Below the pieces are notes generated by a model. That model did not search any database, had not been told where the DNA came from, and worked only from the letters and a program-made list of their open reading frames with translations. The position numbers and the translations under genes are program-made. A stretch of DNA of 64,000 nt from the human T2T-CHM13v2.0 reference genome, Homo sapiens, in contig CP086569.2 of the NCBI GenBank assembly GCA_009914755.4, positions 5,792,001 to 5,856,000 of the forward strand, given 5' to 3'. Positions 47,640 to 60,751 of the stretch are shown here, in pieces (within the stretch, counting starts at the first letter, position 1; each line of letters opens with the position of its first letter).

Positions 47640-49763
47640 AAATTTGGGTAATATATATGTATATTCACGTCTATTGAATCTACTTGTGTAATATTATCTG
47701 TTTAAATGTTAATTGTTAAGTGAACTGTATGTTTTCAGCTATATATCTCAGCAATATATTCCAATTTAGATACAATACTGTTTTTCAAGGGAGGTGGAAA
47801 TATTTTGTACATTAACCATGCAAAATAAAATTGTACTTTAAAATACATTGATTTTTAGATGTTAAAACAACTTTGCATTCTTGGGACAAATCTGAGATAA
47901 TCGTTTATGATCCATTTAACATGCTGCTGTATTCAGTTGGCTAGCATTTTGTTGAGCATTTTTACATCTGTTATAAGAGATATCAGACTGTGTGTTTTTT
48001 TATTTTGTTTTCTTTGGTTTTCATATCCAGATATTATTGGACTAAAATAAAGAGTTGGGAAGTATTTCTTTCTGTTCTGTTTTTGGAAGCATTTATGAGT
48101 AATTGGTATCAGTTATTTAAGTGCTTGTTAGAATACAGTAGCAAAATCTTTTTTTCTGGGTCTTTGTGAATATATTTTTGGTTAGTAATTTAATCTCTGT
48201 GCATGTACTTCTTTTCAGGGTTTTCCTTTTTTTTAAGTCACTTTCAGCATTTTGTGTTTCTCTAGGAACTTTTCTATTTTATGTAAGCTATTCAATTTGT
48301 TGGCATACAATTGGTTATAGTATTCCTTTATAATATTTGAGAAATTTCTGAATAGTTGGTAGTAATGTCACCTAATACTTTAGCTGTGGAATCAGGTCTC
48401 CCTTCCTTCATTCTTGGTTAATTGAACTAAAAGTTTTTCAAGTTTGTTGAATTCTTGAAGCACCAATTTTTGGTTTTGTTGCACTTCTGTATTCTTTTCT
48501 ATTTTAGATTTTACTAATTTCCAGTATAAACTTTATTCTTTTTTCAATATACTTACTTTTAGTTTTCTCTTTTTTCCATTTTCCTAAGGCAGTCAGTTAG
48601 ATTATTGATTTGAGAACTTTCTTCTATCTGAATATAGACATTTTTACCTATATATTTCTCTCTATGCACTATTTAGCTACATCTCATAAGTTTTTGCATG
48701 TGTTTTATATTTTTATTTATTTCAAATTATTTTCTAATTTTCCTTGTGATTATTTATTTGACCCATTTGTTGTATAGAAGTGTATTGTTTAATTTTCACA
48801 TATTTGTGAGTTTCCAAATTTTCTTTATTATTGGTTCCTAGTTCCATTCCATTATAACTGAACCAAAATAATTTGTATTATTTCAATCCTTATAACCTTA
48901 TTTGTCATTTTTTGTTCTCTTTATTTGTTCCTTAATTTCTGTTACCATTTGCTGTAATTACTACAGACTTATACAGCCTTGGTCTCACCTACATCCTTCA
49001 TGATATTATTCACACTAATATCACATATTTGTTTGCTATATAAGCCAGATACAATTATATACATGTTGTCTTATACAATTGTTTTTAAATTTGTTAAGAG
49101 AAGAAATAAGAAATATCTGCTTCTGTGTTAATTTTTCAATTGCATAATTACCTTTGCTGTTGCTCTTTGTTTTTGTATGTGTACGTAAATTATTTTCTGC
49201 AGTCACTTGCTTTTATCCTAAAGAACTTCCTTTGCTATTTATTATAAAGCAGGTTTGCTAACAACACATTCTCTTAATTTTTAAATATTTTTGAAATGTC
49301 TTTATTTTGTCTTCATTGTTGAAAGATATTTTTTCTAAATATAAGATTTTTGATTGCCTTTTTTTTTCTCAAAGCACTTCAAATATGTATCTCACTGCTT
49401 TATGGTCTCCTTTGTTTCTGATAAAAAGGCACTTTTTAATCTTATTGGAGTTTCATTGTAAGTTATAAATAAGTTTGCTCTTGCTGATTGCAAAATTTTC
49501 CTCTTGTCTTTGATTTTCAGCATTTACATTATAAAGTTTCTTTGCCTATTTTTCTGTTTTGCTTACATAGCATTTGTTGAGTTTCTAGAATGTGTTGATT
49601 AAAATTTTTCATCAAATTTAGCAAATTTTGAGCATTATTTTTTGAAGTATTATTTCTGCTTTTTTTACTCCTCTCTGTTACTTTCTTTACTGGTAAGTTT
49701 GTGTGCTTAATGTTCCACATTTCTGTGAGAATATGTTCATTTTTATTTATTCTAATTTTCTTT
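47640..49763 (-). mobile_element. Old L1M fragment (ORF2 RT-region antisense)
   Basis: gatccatttaacatgctgctgtattcagttggctagcattttgttgagcatttttacatctgttataagagatatcagactgtg.. parallels the L1 antisense gatcatgttggataagctttttgatgtgctgctggattcggtttgctagtattttgttgaggatttttgcatcaatgttcatcagggatattggcct. Continues with gttggtagtaatgtcacc.. tctatttt.. motifs. Confidence 0.55.
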
Positions 49764-49987
49764 ATTTTATTTTATTTTATTATTATTATACTTTAAGTTT
49801 TAGGGTACATGTGCACAATGTGCAGGTTAGTTACATATGTATACATGTGCCATGCTGGTGTGCTGCACCCATTAACTCGTCATTTAGCATTAGGTGTTTC
49901 TCCTAATGCTATCCCTCCATTGCGGCACTATTCACAATAGCAAAGACTTGGAACCAACTGAAATGTCCAACAATGATAGACTGGATT
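49764..49987 (-). mobile_element. L1PA 3'-end micro-insertion (about 224 bp) with its own 5' inversion and 14-bp target-site duplications
   Basis: 49764-49790 is the (TTTTA)n/T-rich tail. 49791-49915 is the antisense L1 3'UTR end, ctttaagttttagggtacatgtgcacaatgtgcaggttagttacatatgtatacatgtgccatgctggtgtgctgcacccattaactcgtcatttagcattaggtgtttctcctaatgctatccc. It differs at only a few positions from 33603-33727. 49916-49987 is sense-orientation L1 ORF2, ttgcggcactattcacaatagcaaagacttggaaccaactgaaatgtccaacaatgatagactggatta, from about 270 nt upstream. TSD ttctaattttcttt at 49750-49763 and 49988-50001. Confidence 0.8.
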
Positions 49988-50182
49988 ATTCTAATTTTCT
50001 TTTAATTTTTGATTTATATAATTTCTATCAATTTATCTTCAAGTCTGCTAATTCTTATACCATGAAGCATCTTTAGTAAATTGTTCATTTTTCATTATTG
50101 TATCTATCAATTCCATAGTTTTCATTTTAATAACTTATCTCTTTATTAATATTCTCTGATGAAACATTGTCAATTACCTGTT

Positions 50183-50601
50183 TGATACAGTTTGGATCTG
50201 TGTACCCACTAAATCTCATGTCGAATTGTAATCCTCAATGTTGAAGGTGGGACCTGGTGGAAGGTGATTGGATTATGGGGGCAAATATTTCATAAATGGT
50301 ATAGCATCATCTCTCTTGGTGATGTCCTCATGATAGCAAGTTCTCATGAGATCTGGTTGCTTAAAAGTGTTTCGCAGCTCTCCCCTCTCACTTTTGCTCC
50401 TGCTCTGGCCATGTGACATATCTGCTCCCCTTTTACTTTCTGCCATAATTACAAGTTTTATGAGGCCTCTCCAGAGCCCAATCATATGCCGCTATATTTC
50501 CTGCACAGTCTGCTGAACCATGAGACAAGTAAACCTCTTTTCTTTATAAAGTACCCAATCCCAGGTATTTCTTTATAGCAATATGAGAAAAGACTAATAC
50601 A
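50183..50601 (+). mobile_element. MaLR LTR (MST/THE1-type), 5' LTR of the element at 50183-52200
   Basis: tgatacagtttggatctgtgtacccactaaatctcatgtcgaattgtaatcctcaatgttgaaggtgggacctggtggaaggtgattggattatggggg ... gagaaaagactaataca. Confidence 0.75.
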
Positions 50602-51775
50602 GAAAATTGGTACCAAGGCTTAAAGCATTGTTATCAAGATACCAAAAAATGTGAAAGCAGTTTTGGAATTGGGTAAGAGGCAGATGTTGGAAGTGTGTTG
50701 AGGGCTCAGAGGAAGACAGAAAGATGAGGGAATGTTTGGAAATTCCTAGAGATTGGTTAAATGGTTGTGACTAAAACACCAATAGTGATATGAACAATGA
50801 AGGCCAGGCTATAGAGGTCTCAGACAGATAAGAGAAACTTATTGGGAACTGGAAAAAAGGTCATTTTTGTTATGCTTGAGCAAAGAATTTGGCTGCATTG
50901 TACATCTGCCCTAAAGATCTGTGAAACTTTAATGTTCAGAATGATAATTTAGGGTAGCTGGTGGCTGGTGAAAGACATTTCTAAGCAGCAAAGCATCCAA
51001 GAAGTGTCCTGGCTGCTTCTAACAGCCTATGCTTATATGATATGCATGAGCAAATAAATGACTTAAGGCTGGAACTTGTATTTAAAGGGTAAGTAGAGTA
51101 TAGAAGTTTTGAAAATTTACAGCTTGGCCTTGTGGTAAAAATGAAAAGCTTATTTGCAGGGGAAGAAATCAGGCAAGCAGCAGAAATTTTCATAAGTAAA
51201 AAGGAGCCAAGTTTTAACAGCCAAGAAAATGGGGAAAAAGCCTCAAAGGCATTTCAGAAATCACCGTGGCAGCCACTCCTATCATGGACCCTGAGGCATA
51301 GGGGGACCAAATAGTTTGTGGGCCAGCATAAGGACCCCAATGCCCTGCATAACATGGTTACAATGCAACCTGCATTCCAGCCATTCCAGCTCCAGCCATA
51401 CCTCAAATGTGCCTAAGTACAGCTTGAGCTGCTGCTTCAGAGGGTGAAAGTGGAAAGTCTTTGTGGTTTTCAAATGGTGTTAAGTCTGTGGGTGCACAGA
51501 ATGTAAGAGTAAAAGGCATGGGAACCTTGACCTAGATTTTAGGGGATGTATTGAAAACCCTGCATGTCCAGAAAGAAGCCTGCTGCAAGGGTGGAACCTT
51601 CATGGAGAACCTCTACTAGGACAGTGTGAAGAAAAAAATGTGGGTATGGAGCCACCACACAAAGTCCCCACTGGGACATTGCCTAGTGGAGGTGTGAGAA
51701 TAGGTCTATTATCCTCCAGACCCAGAAAAATTAGATCCACTGACAACTTGTACCCTGCTTGGCTTCTGGAGAGGC
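50602..51775 (+). mobile_element. MaLR internal region, 5' two-thirds, plus orientation
   Basis: Co-linear with 1-900 of this window (..gaaacttattgggaactggaaaaaaggtcatttttgttatg.. ; ..agcaaagcatccaagaagtgtcctggctgc.. ; ..gaaccttcatggagaacctctactagg..). Confidence 0.7.
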
Positions 51776-52200
51776 CTCATAAAACTGACAATCATGATGG
51801 AATGTAAAGGAAGAACAGACATATTACATGACCAGAGAAGGAGCAAGAGAGAGAGGGAGGAGGTCATACATACTTTTAAACCATCAAATCTCATGAGAAC
51901 TCACTATCATGATGACAGCACCACCATGGATCATGCTAAACCATTCATGAGAAATCTGCCTCAATGATCCAATCACCCACCACCAGGCCCCATCTTCAAC
52001 ACTGAGGATTACAATTCCACATGAGATTTGGTGAGGACACAGATCCAAACCATATAATTCCACTCCTGGCATCTGCAAATCTTATGTCCTCACATTGCAA
52101 AATACAATCATGCTTTGCCAACAGTCTCCTAAAGTCTTAACACATTCCAGCATTAACTGAAATTCCAAGGTCCAAAGTCACATCTCATTTATAAGTTGGA
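51776..52200 (-). mobile_element. MaLR 3' LTR plus about 140 bp of adjacent internal sequence, in inverted (minus) orientation. Abuts the plus-orientation internal region.
   Basis: ..catcaaatctcatgagaactcactatcatgatgacagc...caatcacccaccaccaggccccatcttcaacactgaggattacaattccacatgagatttggtgaggacacagatccaaaccatataa. This is the reverse complement of a TGATATGG... LTR. It is followed by tcctcacattgcaaaatacaatcatgctttgccaacagtctcctaaagtcttaacacattccagcattaactgaaattccaagg, the same segment as 10085-10180 next to the minus-strand THE1 LTR. Confidence 0.65.
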
Positions 52201-52204
52201 GCTA

Positions 52205-52440
52205 AATTATGAGAACACATGAACACAAAGAGGAAAACAACACACACTGGGGCCTATTGGAGAGTAAAGGGTGGGAAGAGGGAGAGGATCAGGAAAAATA
52301 ACTAACAAATATTTTGCTTAATTCCTGGGTGATGAAATAATCAGTACAAGAAACCCCCATGAAACAAGTTTACTTATGTAACAAAGCTACACATGTACCC
52401 CTAAACTTAAAATAAGAATTGAACATAGAATAATGTTTGA
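52205..52440 (+). mobile_element. L1 3'-terminal fragment (3'UTR end), plus orientation
   Basis: atgagaacacatgaacacaaagaggaaaacaacacacactggggcctattggagagtaaagggtgggaagagggagagg...atgtaacaaagctacacatgtacccctaaacttaaaataag. Compare the L1 3' end AATGAGAACACATGGACACAGGGAGGGGAACATCACACACCGGGGCCTGTC...GTAACAAACCTGCACGTTCTGCACATGTATCCCAGAACTTAAAGTA. Confidence 0.55.
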
Positions 52441-55400
52441 GGACAGTGTTTGAGATTAGTTCTGACCCTGTAATGTCACTTAGTGGTGTCTTTCCTTGGT
52501 TCTCTTTGGTAAACTAGCTGGGCTAAAATTTAGCCTTTATCTCTGATGAATTCACTTCCACTGTTTTTGAGCACACCCTTAGGCTTGAACTTCTTCATGC
52601 TCTGTTGAAAATAAATGTCAGTTCCTTTGAGAAGAACTTCAGAGCTCTCTGTTTTATGGTCCTTTTCCTTGGGCAAATTCTATTAACAACGACTAGGGGC
52701 AGGGACAGTTATGTCCTTCACTCTGAGTGACACCTCTGTTATTGGAAATCAGCACACAGCAGAGAGAGATAGTACATCCTGTTCTGTGTGGCTTGTCTTT
52801 CCAGTTTTAGAATCTTTGCTTTATAAATAAGCTGGGAAATTATAATTAAAAATGTGCCAGTATTATCAGTGCACTGTGGCCAATTTAGAGCTTCTTTCCT
52901 ATATGAGTGGGACTGGGTGAAAGAAAAAAGCCTCTCTTTTTAGTTGCAATAACCAAAAACACAGCTTCAGTAACAGGTAACTGGGGAGAAAAATGATAAA
53001 AGGTGATGTTGTGCCCCTCCTGGAAGATACCATAGCTCTCCAACTGGGAGCTAAGGGGAAGACAAGTTTTGGTATGGCTGTATTTCTGTAGAGTTTTACT
53101 CATGCTGAGTTAGGAGGGGAGTGGTAGAAAATGTAGTATGGTTCAAATAAAACAGATTTTTATATTCTTTAATTAGGTTTTATATAGTAATGGTTTTTCA
53201 TTTGCTGTCTGTATCTAGGAACACTTTCCAAGACTTTAAATGTTTTTTTAAATATAATTTATCCCAGTTTAACTGCGGAGTCGGCCTATACTACTAGGAG
53301 GGAAATCTTACCAGGTTGCTTCTTAATCATAGAAGAGGCAGTAGCTCCCTTGGTGGTTTAGTTCTGCAATATGACTGCAAATTTTTCCTGAAAGTATAAC
53401 CTAGAGTTTATTTCTTCAGTAGTTTGAATTAGTTGGCAAGCCATTCCCTTTAATAAATTCATTTCTGCTTAAATTAGGTAAAATTGATTTCATTTTCTGC
53501 AACTGAACATTTACCAATAGACTTCAAGGTACTCAGAGCATGCTGATTATACAGTGATCTAAACAGCTTGTTTCAGGTCTTAATTTCACATTGACAAACA
53601 TAAATCTTGGCCTTTCGCACCTATGTGATTTTGCATTTATATATTGTCTCTTTTCAAGCCAGGTGACCCTAGAGAAATTATTCTTGTTTCCAGAATCATA
53701 GATACAGGTAAGTTTTTTGTCCGAAATTTACTCTCTTGCTAGCTAATTTTTCTATGCGTATCTCTTTAATGTCTATATTATATCTCTCATAATTATTCTG
53801 GATAAGGTGAGTTTAAACTGTTTCTGAATTGTGCTTGGTTTTAACTTCTGATTTCACTTTATTTCCAACTAATGGCTGATTATGCTACACCTTATACCTT
53901 GCTAACAATTAGAAGCAGATTCTTCACCAGCCAGTTAACTTCAATGACCATTTTGAATAGGAGATTTTACTGTTGTCTGAACTGTAATCATGGAAATATA
54001 ATTATCTTAGAGTCATATCATAGAAGTACTTAGCATTCAAGTACCCCTCATTAGCTGGGCTTCAATCTCTGATCCTTTCATGGGCCAAGTCTTAAAGAAT
54101 AGTTCATAATTCTGCAAGTTTGTGGATATATAATGTCAAGGCTAGCTGACAAGCAAGGTCTTTATTACAGTACGCTCTTGTTAATTAATAACATTACTTA
54201 GTAGAGAAGTTATAGGTTCTTAGCAAAACTGAGTAAAAAGTTAAAAGAGTTTCCATCTGCCTCTGGTCTCACACGAGGACAACCTCTCTCACTATCAACA
54301 TCCTGACTCAGAGTGTTACAGTTGTTACAATCAATGAACCTACATTAGCAATTTATTATCAAACAAAGTCCACAGTTTACATTGAGGCTCACTCTGGGTG
54401 TTGTACCTTCTGTGGATTTTGACAAAGGTATAATAACATGTATTTACAATTATGGTGTTTTACAGAATGGTTTTCCTGTCCTAAAATTTTTTTGTGCTCT
54501 TCCTATTCATATTTCCCTCCCGACAACCACTAATCTTTTTACTATCTCTATAGTTTTTCCTTTTCCAGAATGTCATATAATTGGAATCATACAGTATGTA
54601 GCCTCTTTAGATTGGGTTCTTTCACTTGGTAACATGCATTTAGAGTACCTTCATGCCTTTTCATAAATCAATAGCTAATTTATTTTTAGTGCTCAGTAAT
54701 ACTCCATTGTCTGGCTGCATCACAGCTTATGTATTCAATACCTACTTAAGGACATCTTGGTTGCTTCCAAATGCTGGCAATTATAAACAAAGGTGGTCTA
54801 AACAATTTTATTCAGGTTTTATGTGGAAATAAGTCTTTAATAATTTTGGGTAAATATTAAGGAGTGTGATTATAAGAACTTATGGTAAAAGTATGTTAAA
54901 TTTTCTAAGAAACTACCTAACTACCCACCAAAGTGGTTGTACCATTTTGCAATCCCAGCAGTAATGAATGAAAGATCCTGCTTTTCTACATCCTCACCAG
55001 CATTTGATGTTGTTAGTGTTTAGATGTCATCCATTTTAATAGGTGTGTAGTAGTAGCTCGTTGTTGTTTTAATTTGCAGTTCCCTACGAAAATATGATGC
55101 TGAGCATATAATATTTTCATGTGCTTACTTGCCATCTACATATATACTTTGATAAAGTATCTGTTCAAGTCTTTTGCTCATTTTTAAAAACTGAATTGCT
55201 CCATATATTACTATTGAGTTTTATAAGTGTTTGAAATGCTTTTTTCTCAGTGCCGTAAAGAAATAGCACTTGAAGATAAATTTAATTTCCTCAGCAAGGC
55301 CATTTTAACTTTCTGCAGAAAGCATACACTTGCCAGCAGTTTTGCCATGAGAGTACACCGAACAAAGGAGACAGGGTCATTTATAACCTGACGCATCCAC

Positions 55401-55999
55401 CCTATTGCTGTGTCCGGTTTCCATTGGCTGGAATGGGACCTCACATTCTGTATTTGTGCTGATTGGCTAGCAACTTAGAAATTTTTAAAAGAAGCAAAGG
55501 CAGAGGAGAAAAAAGAAGGAGGAAGTAAACTTGTGGAATGTTGAGAAAGGTAAAAACACCTTCAAATAAGGAAGAGGAAAAGGCTATGACTTAATGCTTG
55601 CTTAGACCAGTATAAGCATGCCAGGGCAAATATTTAGGCTAAATTGTGGGAGCTAAGAATATAAAGTACATTGATTTCTTTATTACAGCTAGCAGATATT
55701 TAAGAATGTTAGAACAGCTCTTTGAATAAATTTTGCTTCTAAGAGAAGTTGCTATTTATTCCTAATTAGATGGGGAGGAAAGTCTTTGAAGAGGAACCTC
55801 TACTTTACTTTTTACATAAGTTTTTAAATATATATTTAGATAATAGTCATTTATAAAATGTGTCTTTTGGAAATACTTTTTTTCCAGTTTTGGCTTGCCT
55901 TCTCATTTTCTCAAAAGTGACTTTTTTAAGAGCAGAAGTTTGTAATTTCAATGAAGTCCAGCTTATCGATTATTTATTTCATAGATCATGCCTTTAGTC

Positions 56000-58900
56000 T
56001 TGTAAAAATTATCACCATACTCAAAATAATCCGGTTTCTCTTTTCTGTTATCTTCTACAAGTTTTATAGTTTTGTGTTTTATTCTGATGTCCATGATTTG
56101 TTTTCAGTTAATTTTCTTGAAAGATATTAAGTTCTGTGTCAACATTCTTTTATTTTAATAGATATGTCCATATATTTCAACACATTTGTTGAAAATACTA
56201 TGTTTGCTCAATTTTATTGCCTTTGCTTCTTTGGTCAAAGATTAATGAACTACATTATGTGGGTTTATTTCTGGTCTCTGTATTTAGTTACACTGATCCA
56301 TTTGTTCTTTCACAAATAGAAAACTGTCATTATTACTTTAGCTTTACAGTAAGTCTTGAAGTCAGGTACTATCAGTACTCCATATTTGCTCTTCTTTAAT
56401 ATTGAATCGGCAATCATGAGTTCTTTACCTCTTCATATAAGCATTAGAATCAATTTTTCACTATTCACACTACTTGCTGGGATTTTGATTGGGATTGGTT
56501 GTATATATAGATAGATCAAGTTAAAAAGCTCTAGCATATTAAAAACATTGAGGCTTTCTATCTATAAACATGGAATATATCTCCATTTATTTAATTATTG
56601 ATTTCTTTATTAGTTTTATAGTTTTAAAAAATATAGCTCTTGCACATGTGTTGTTAAATTTATACCTATGTATTTTATTTCTGTGGGTGCTAATGTAAGT
56701 GGTAATGTGTTTTTAATTTAAAATTCTACTGTGTCTTTTTTTGCTAATATATAAAAAGTCAATTGACTTCAGTAAATTAAACTTATATTCTGCAACCTTG
56801 CTACAATTGTTTATTAGTTCTAGGAGGTTTTTGTTGATTCTTTTGGATTTTCTACATAGATATTAATGTCTTCTGTGAACAAAGACAGTTTCGTTACTTC
56901 CTTTTCAGTCTGCATAACTTTTATTTCCTTTTATTGTCTTATGAAGTTACAAAGAAATTCCAGGATGATGTTTAAAAGCAGTGGTAAGATGGTATGTCCT
57001 TGCCTTGTTCCTGATCTTAGTAGATAAGCATCAGGTTTTTCACTATTAAGGTGGTGTTACCTATACTATTTTTTGTAAATGTTACTAATCAAGTTGAAAA
57101 AGTCCCCCTCTGTTACTAGTTTTTTTAGAGTTCTAATTATAAAATGATATTAAGTTTTGTCAGATGCTTTTTCTGCATCACTTTATATGATCAAGTGGTT
57201 TTTCATCTTTAGTCTGCTGACATTAGGGAGTTTTAAGTATTCTTGAAATATTGACTACCTTATCCTTATTTAACGCCCCCCTTTAATAACTTTCTTGATT
57301 CTAAAGTCTTCTCTGAGATTAATACAGTTGCTTCTGCTATCTTTTCATTAGTGTTATTATGGTATATCTCTATCCATCCTTTTACTTTTAATCTATATGT
57401 GTTTTTATATTTACAGTGGGTTCTTTTTTCTGGTCAAATTATAGTTGAGTTTTGTTTTTAATACCCACTCTGACTGTTTCTGCCTTTAAATCAGTGTATC
57501 TAAACCATTGACATTCAAGGTAATTATTGATACAGTTGGATTAATATCTACTACAATTGTTACTATTTAGTCTAGTTGTTGCCCGTGTTCTTTGTTTCTA
57601 TTTTTGTTTTTCATACTTTTTCTATCTTTTGTAATTTTAATTGAGAATTTTATGTGCTTTCTTTTTCTCTCTTTTTTTAGCATATCGATTATATTTATTT
57701 AAAAAATTTTTTCTAGTGGTTGTTCTAGAGTTTGCAATATACATGTACAACTAATCCAAGATTACTTTCAAATAACACTATACTATTTCATAGGTAGTGT
57801 GAGTACCTTATAATAACAATGTATTTCTAATTTCTCCCTCTTATTTCTTGTGTAATTTATGTTATCCATTTTATTTACATGTAAGCATTTCACATGAGTT
57901 GGTGTTATTATTTTGAAAAAATTATTATTTTTAGATCAATTAAAAATAAGAAAATAAAAGTTTTTATACTACCTTCACTTATTCTCTAAGGTTCTTTATG
58001 TAGATATGCATTTCTCACTTATATTGTGTTAGTTCATTTTTTGTGTTGCTATATAGAATTAACTGAGGCTGAATAATTTATTTAAAAAATAGTTTACATT
58101 GACTGATAATTTTTCAGGCTGTACTGAAATCATGGCACCAGCATCTGCCCCTAGCAAGGGCCTCAGGAAGATTTCAGTCATGGCAAAATGTGAAAGGGGA
58201 GCAAGTAAGTCACATGGTGAAAGAGAGAGCATGAGAGAGAAGAAGGAGGTCTAAGACCTTTCCAAATGACCAGATTTAATTTAAATTAACTGAGCGAGAA
58301 CTCTATCACCAAGCAGATAGCACTAAGCAATTTATGAGAGAACCACAACTGTGATTCAATACCTGCCAACAGGCCATATCTACAACATTGGGGATCACAT
58401 TTTAACATGAGATTTGGAGGGGACTCTCATCCCAATGATATAAAATATTATTCCTCTTCTCTCTGAATAACTTCTTTTAATCTTCCTTGCAAGGCATGGC
58501 TAGTGGCAGCAAAAATTCTCAATTTTTGTTAGATAGAGTCTTCATTTATCTTTCACTTTTGAAGGGTAATTTTATAGAATTTAGAATTCTAGGTTGTTGA
58601 TACTTTCCTCTTAACTGTAAATATTTTACTCCACTCTCTTAATGCTTGTGTGATTTCTGAGGGGCTGTTGGTTTTAATTGTTATTTGTTTTTCCGTAGGT
58701 AAGATGTTTCCTACCCCCATCCCCGGCTTCTTTCAAGATTTCTTAAGTTTTCTGCAGTTTGAACATTATATGCCTAGGTATGATTCTTTTTTGTATTTAT
58801 CCCACACGGTATTCTCTGCTTCCTGGATTTGTGCTTTTGTGTATGACATTAACGTGCAGAAATTCTCAGTCGATACTGCCTGAAATATGTCTTTTTTTAT

Positions 58901-59190
58901 GTTCTCTTCTTTCTTCTCCTTCTGGCATTCCAATTAGGCATATGTTTCACCTTTTGTCATTGAACAACAGTTCTTGAATATTTTGAATTTTTTCCATCTT
59001 TTTTCTTTGAATTTTAATTTTGGAAGTGTCTATTGTCATATTCTCAAGCACAGAGATTGTTTCCTCAATTATTTCTGGTCTACTATTGAGCCTTTCAAAG
59101 GCATGCTTCATTTCTGTTACAGTGTTTTTTATCTCTAGCATTTCTCTTTGATTATTTCTTATAATTTCCATCTCTTGTACATTAGCTATA
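56000..59190 (-). mobile_element. Old L1M fragment (ORF2 antisense), with a nested MaLR solo LTR
   Basis: ..cactgatccatttgttctttcacaaatagaaaactgtcattattactttagctttacagtaagtcttgaagtcaggtactatcagtactcc.. parallels the L1 antisense ..ccattgatctatgtgtctgtttttatgccagtaccatgctgttttgattactgtagctttgtaataagtcttgaaatcaggtagtgtgat... Downstream motifs ..tctgtgaacaaagacagtttc.., ..ggtggtgttacctatac.., ..gatgctttttctgcatc.. correspond to the L1 ORF2 antisense. Confidence 0.55.
58045..58445 (-). mobile_element. MaLR-type (MST/THE1-like) solo LTR, minus orientation
   Basis: ..ctgaggctgaataatttatttaaaaaatagtttacattgactgataatttttcaggctgtactgaaatcatggcaccagc...cacatggtgaaagagagagcatgag...gggatcacattttaacatgagatttggaggggactctcatcccaatgatataa. 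Same architecture as the reverse-complement LTRs at 9704-10064 and 11648-11998. Confidence 0.6.
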
Positions 59191-60729
59191 TTTTTGTGTG
59201 TTATCTACTTTTCCATTAATGCCCATAACATATTAATCATAGTGATTTTTAAAAATCCCTACTCTGACAATTCCAACATCATTGCCATATATAACTTTGG
59301 TTCTTGTGCTTGCTTATTTTCTTCAAACTGTACTTTTTGTCTTCAAATATGCCTTGTATTTTTTAAATTAAAATATGGGCATGATGCACTTGATAAAGTA
59401 ACTGAGGTAAATAGGCCTTTAATAATGTAGTGATAAATTATGGAAAGTGAAAATAGCATTGTACAGTAACATAATTAGATCTCAGTCTTTTGATGAGTTG
59501 TGGTCCTGGATTGTAACCTCCACTAGTGCTTCTTGTGTTTTTTCTCCCTTTTTAGGTGGAATAGAATGGCTAGGGGGGCTGGAGTTGTATATTTCCCTTT
59601 TCCTATGTGCAAAGCTAGAGTTGGCTAGAGTCAGATATTTACCTTTCCCCAGTTAGATTAGGCTCTGGTAAAATGCCAGCAGGTTAGATTCTGATAACAT
59701 AGTTTCCTTGAAGGCAGACATTATTTAGAAGTACAGCATGCTCTAGTGTATTACAAAATGATTCATTTTCCCATCCTCCCTGCTGGAAGCACAAGGAGAT
59801 TATTTTTTCCTGATATTTACTGTGAGGACCTGGTGTAGCTTCTGGAGGTAAAATTTACAAAAGTATAGGGGATCCCCACATCCCTGACCACCATGGAGTT
59901 TTCAACTTTTTAGATTTGTCCAAATTGAGACTCCACCAAGTCATCAATTACAATTTATGTTTTCCTCTCCAAGCATTGGTTCTGATAGAGGTTTCTGCTA
60001 GTGATCCACCCCTGCGCCCCCCAACCCTGTGGTTACATTGTAGTCTCTGTATTTTCATGAATGTCTCTCCAGTTTTGAAGGTATTAGCTTTTCTTGTGAC
60101 CTTACTTATTTGATAGATCTAAGAAGAACTGTTGATATGTAAGTTTGTTTAGCATTTTACTTTGGTTTTAGGGCAGAGTGGTAATTTCTAAATTTCTTAC
60201 ATACCAAATCAGAGACATGTCTTTGAGAACTTTAAAGAATGGGAAGTTTATCCAAATGACCAAAAATGAATCAGAAATAGTCTGTTGAATAAAAACATTT
60301 CAGAAAGCAACAGACCAGGACATTATTTTTTTGGAACCTGAAACAAACTGACGAAAGTAAATGAGATCTTATTTACGTAGAAATTGCAATTTAAGGTGTT
60401 TAGAATATATTTATGCTAAAGACATTTACAGGACATAATTATAATTGTTAAAAACCCTCTTTATATCTGTAAAGCATATATTTACTCTTCTTGTTATATC
60501 TATCAGTTACCATATAAATACAGAAATCAGATTTTTTTTTGCTCAAGCAAAAAAAAAATAATTATAATGTGAATTAAACAACTTAGTATATTGACCATTT
60601 GGGGATTTAAAAATAATAAAAGGAACATGAATAAAGTTCTCTACACTAAACCATTTAGAATACCAGTAATAAAAGATTTAAAATAAATATTTATGCAATG
60701 GAATATAACCTTCAGCAATTATTCTATGC

Positions 60730-60751
60730 AAAAAAAAAAAAAAAAAAAAAA
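60730..60751 (+). repeat. poly(A) tract of about 22 nt
   Basis: tatgc(a)22cagggc. Confidence 0.85.

Noticed and set aside
55300-55480. Pair of inverted CCAAT-like motifs (cattggctgg / ctgattggctag) that could suggest a promoter
   Set aside because: No CpG island, no TATA or Inr, and no downstream ORF or splice donor. Isolated motif matches are expected by chance.
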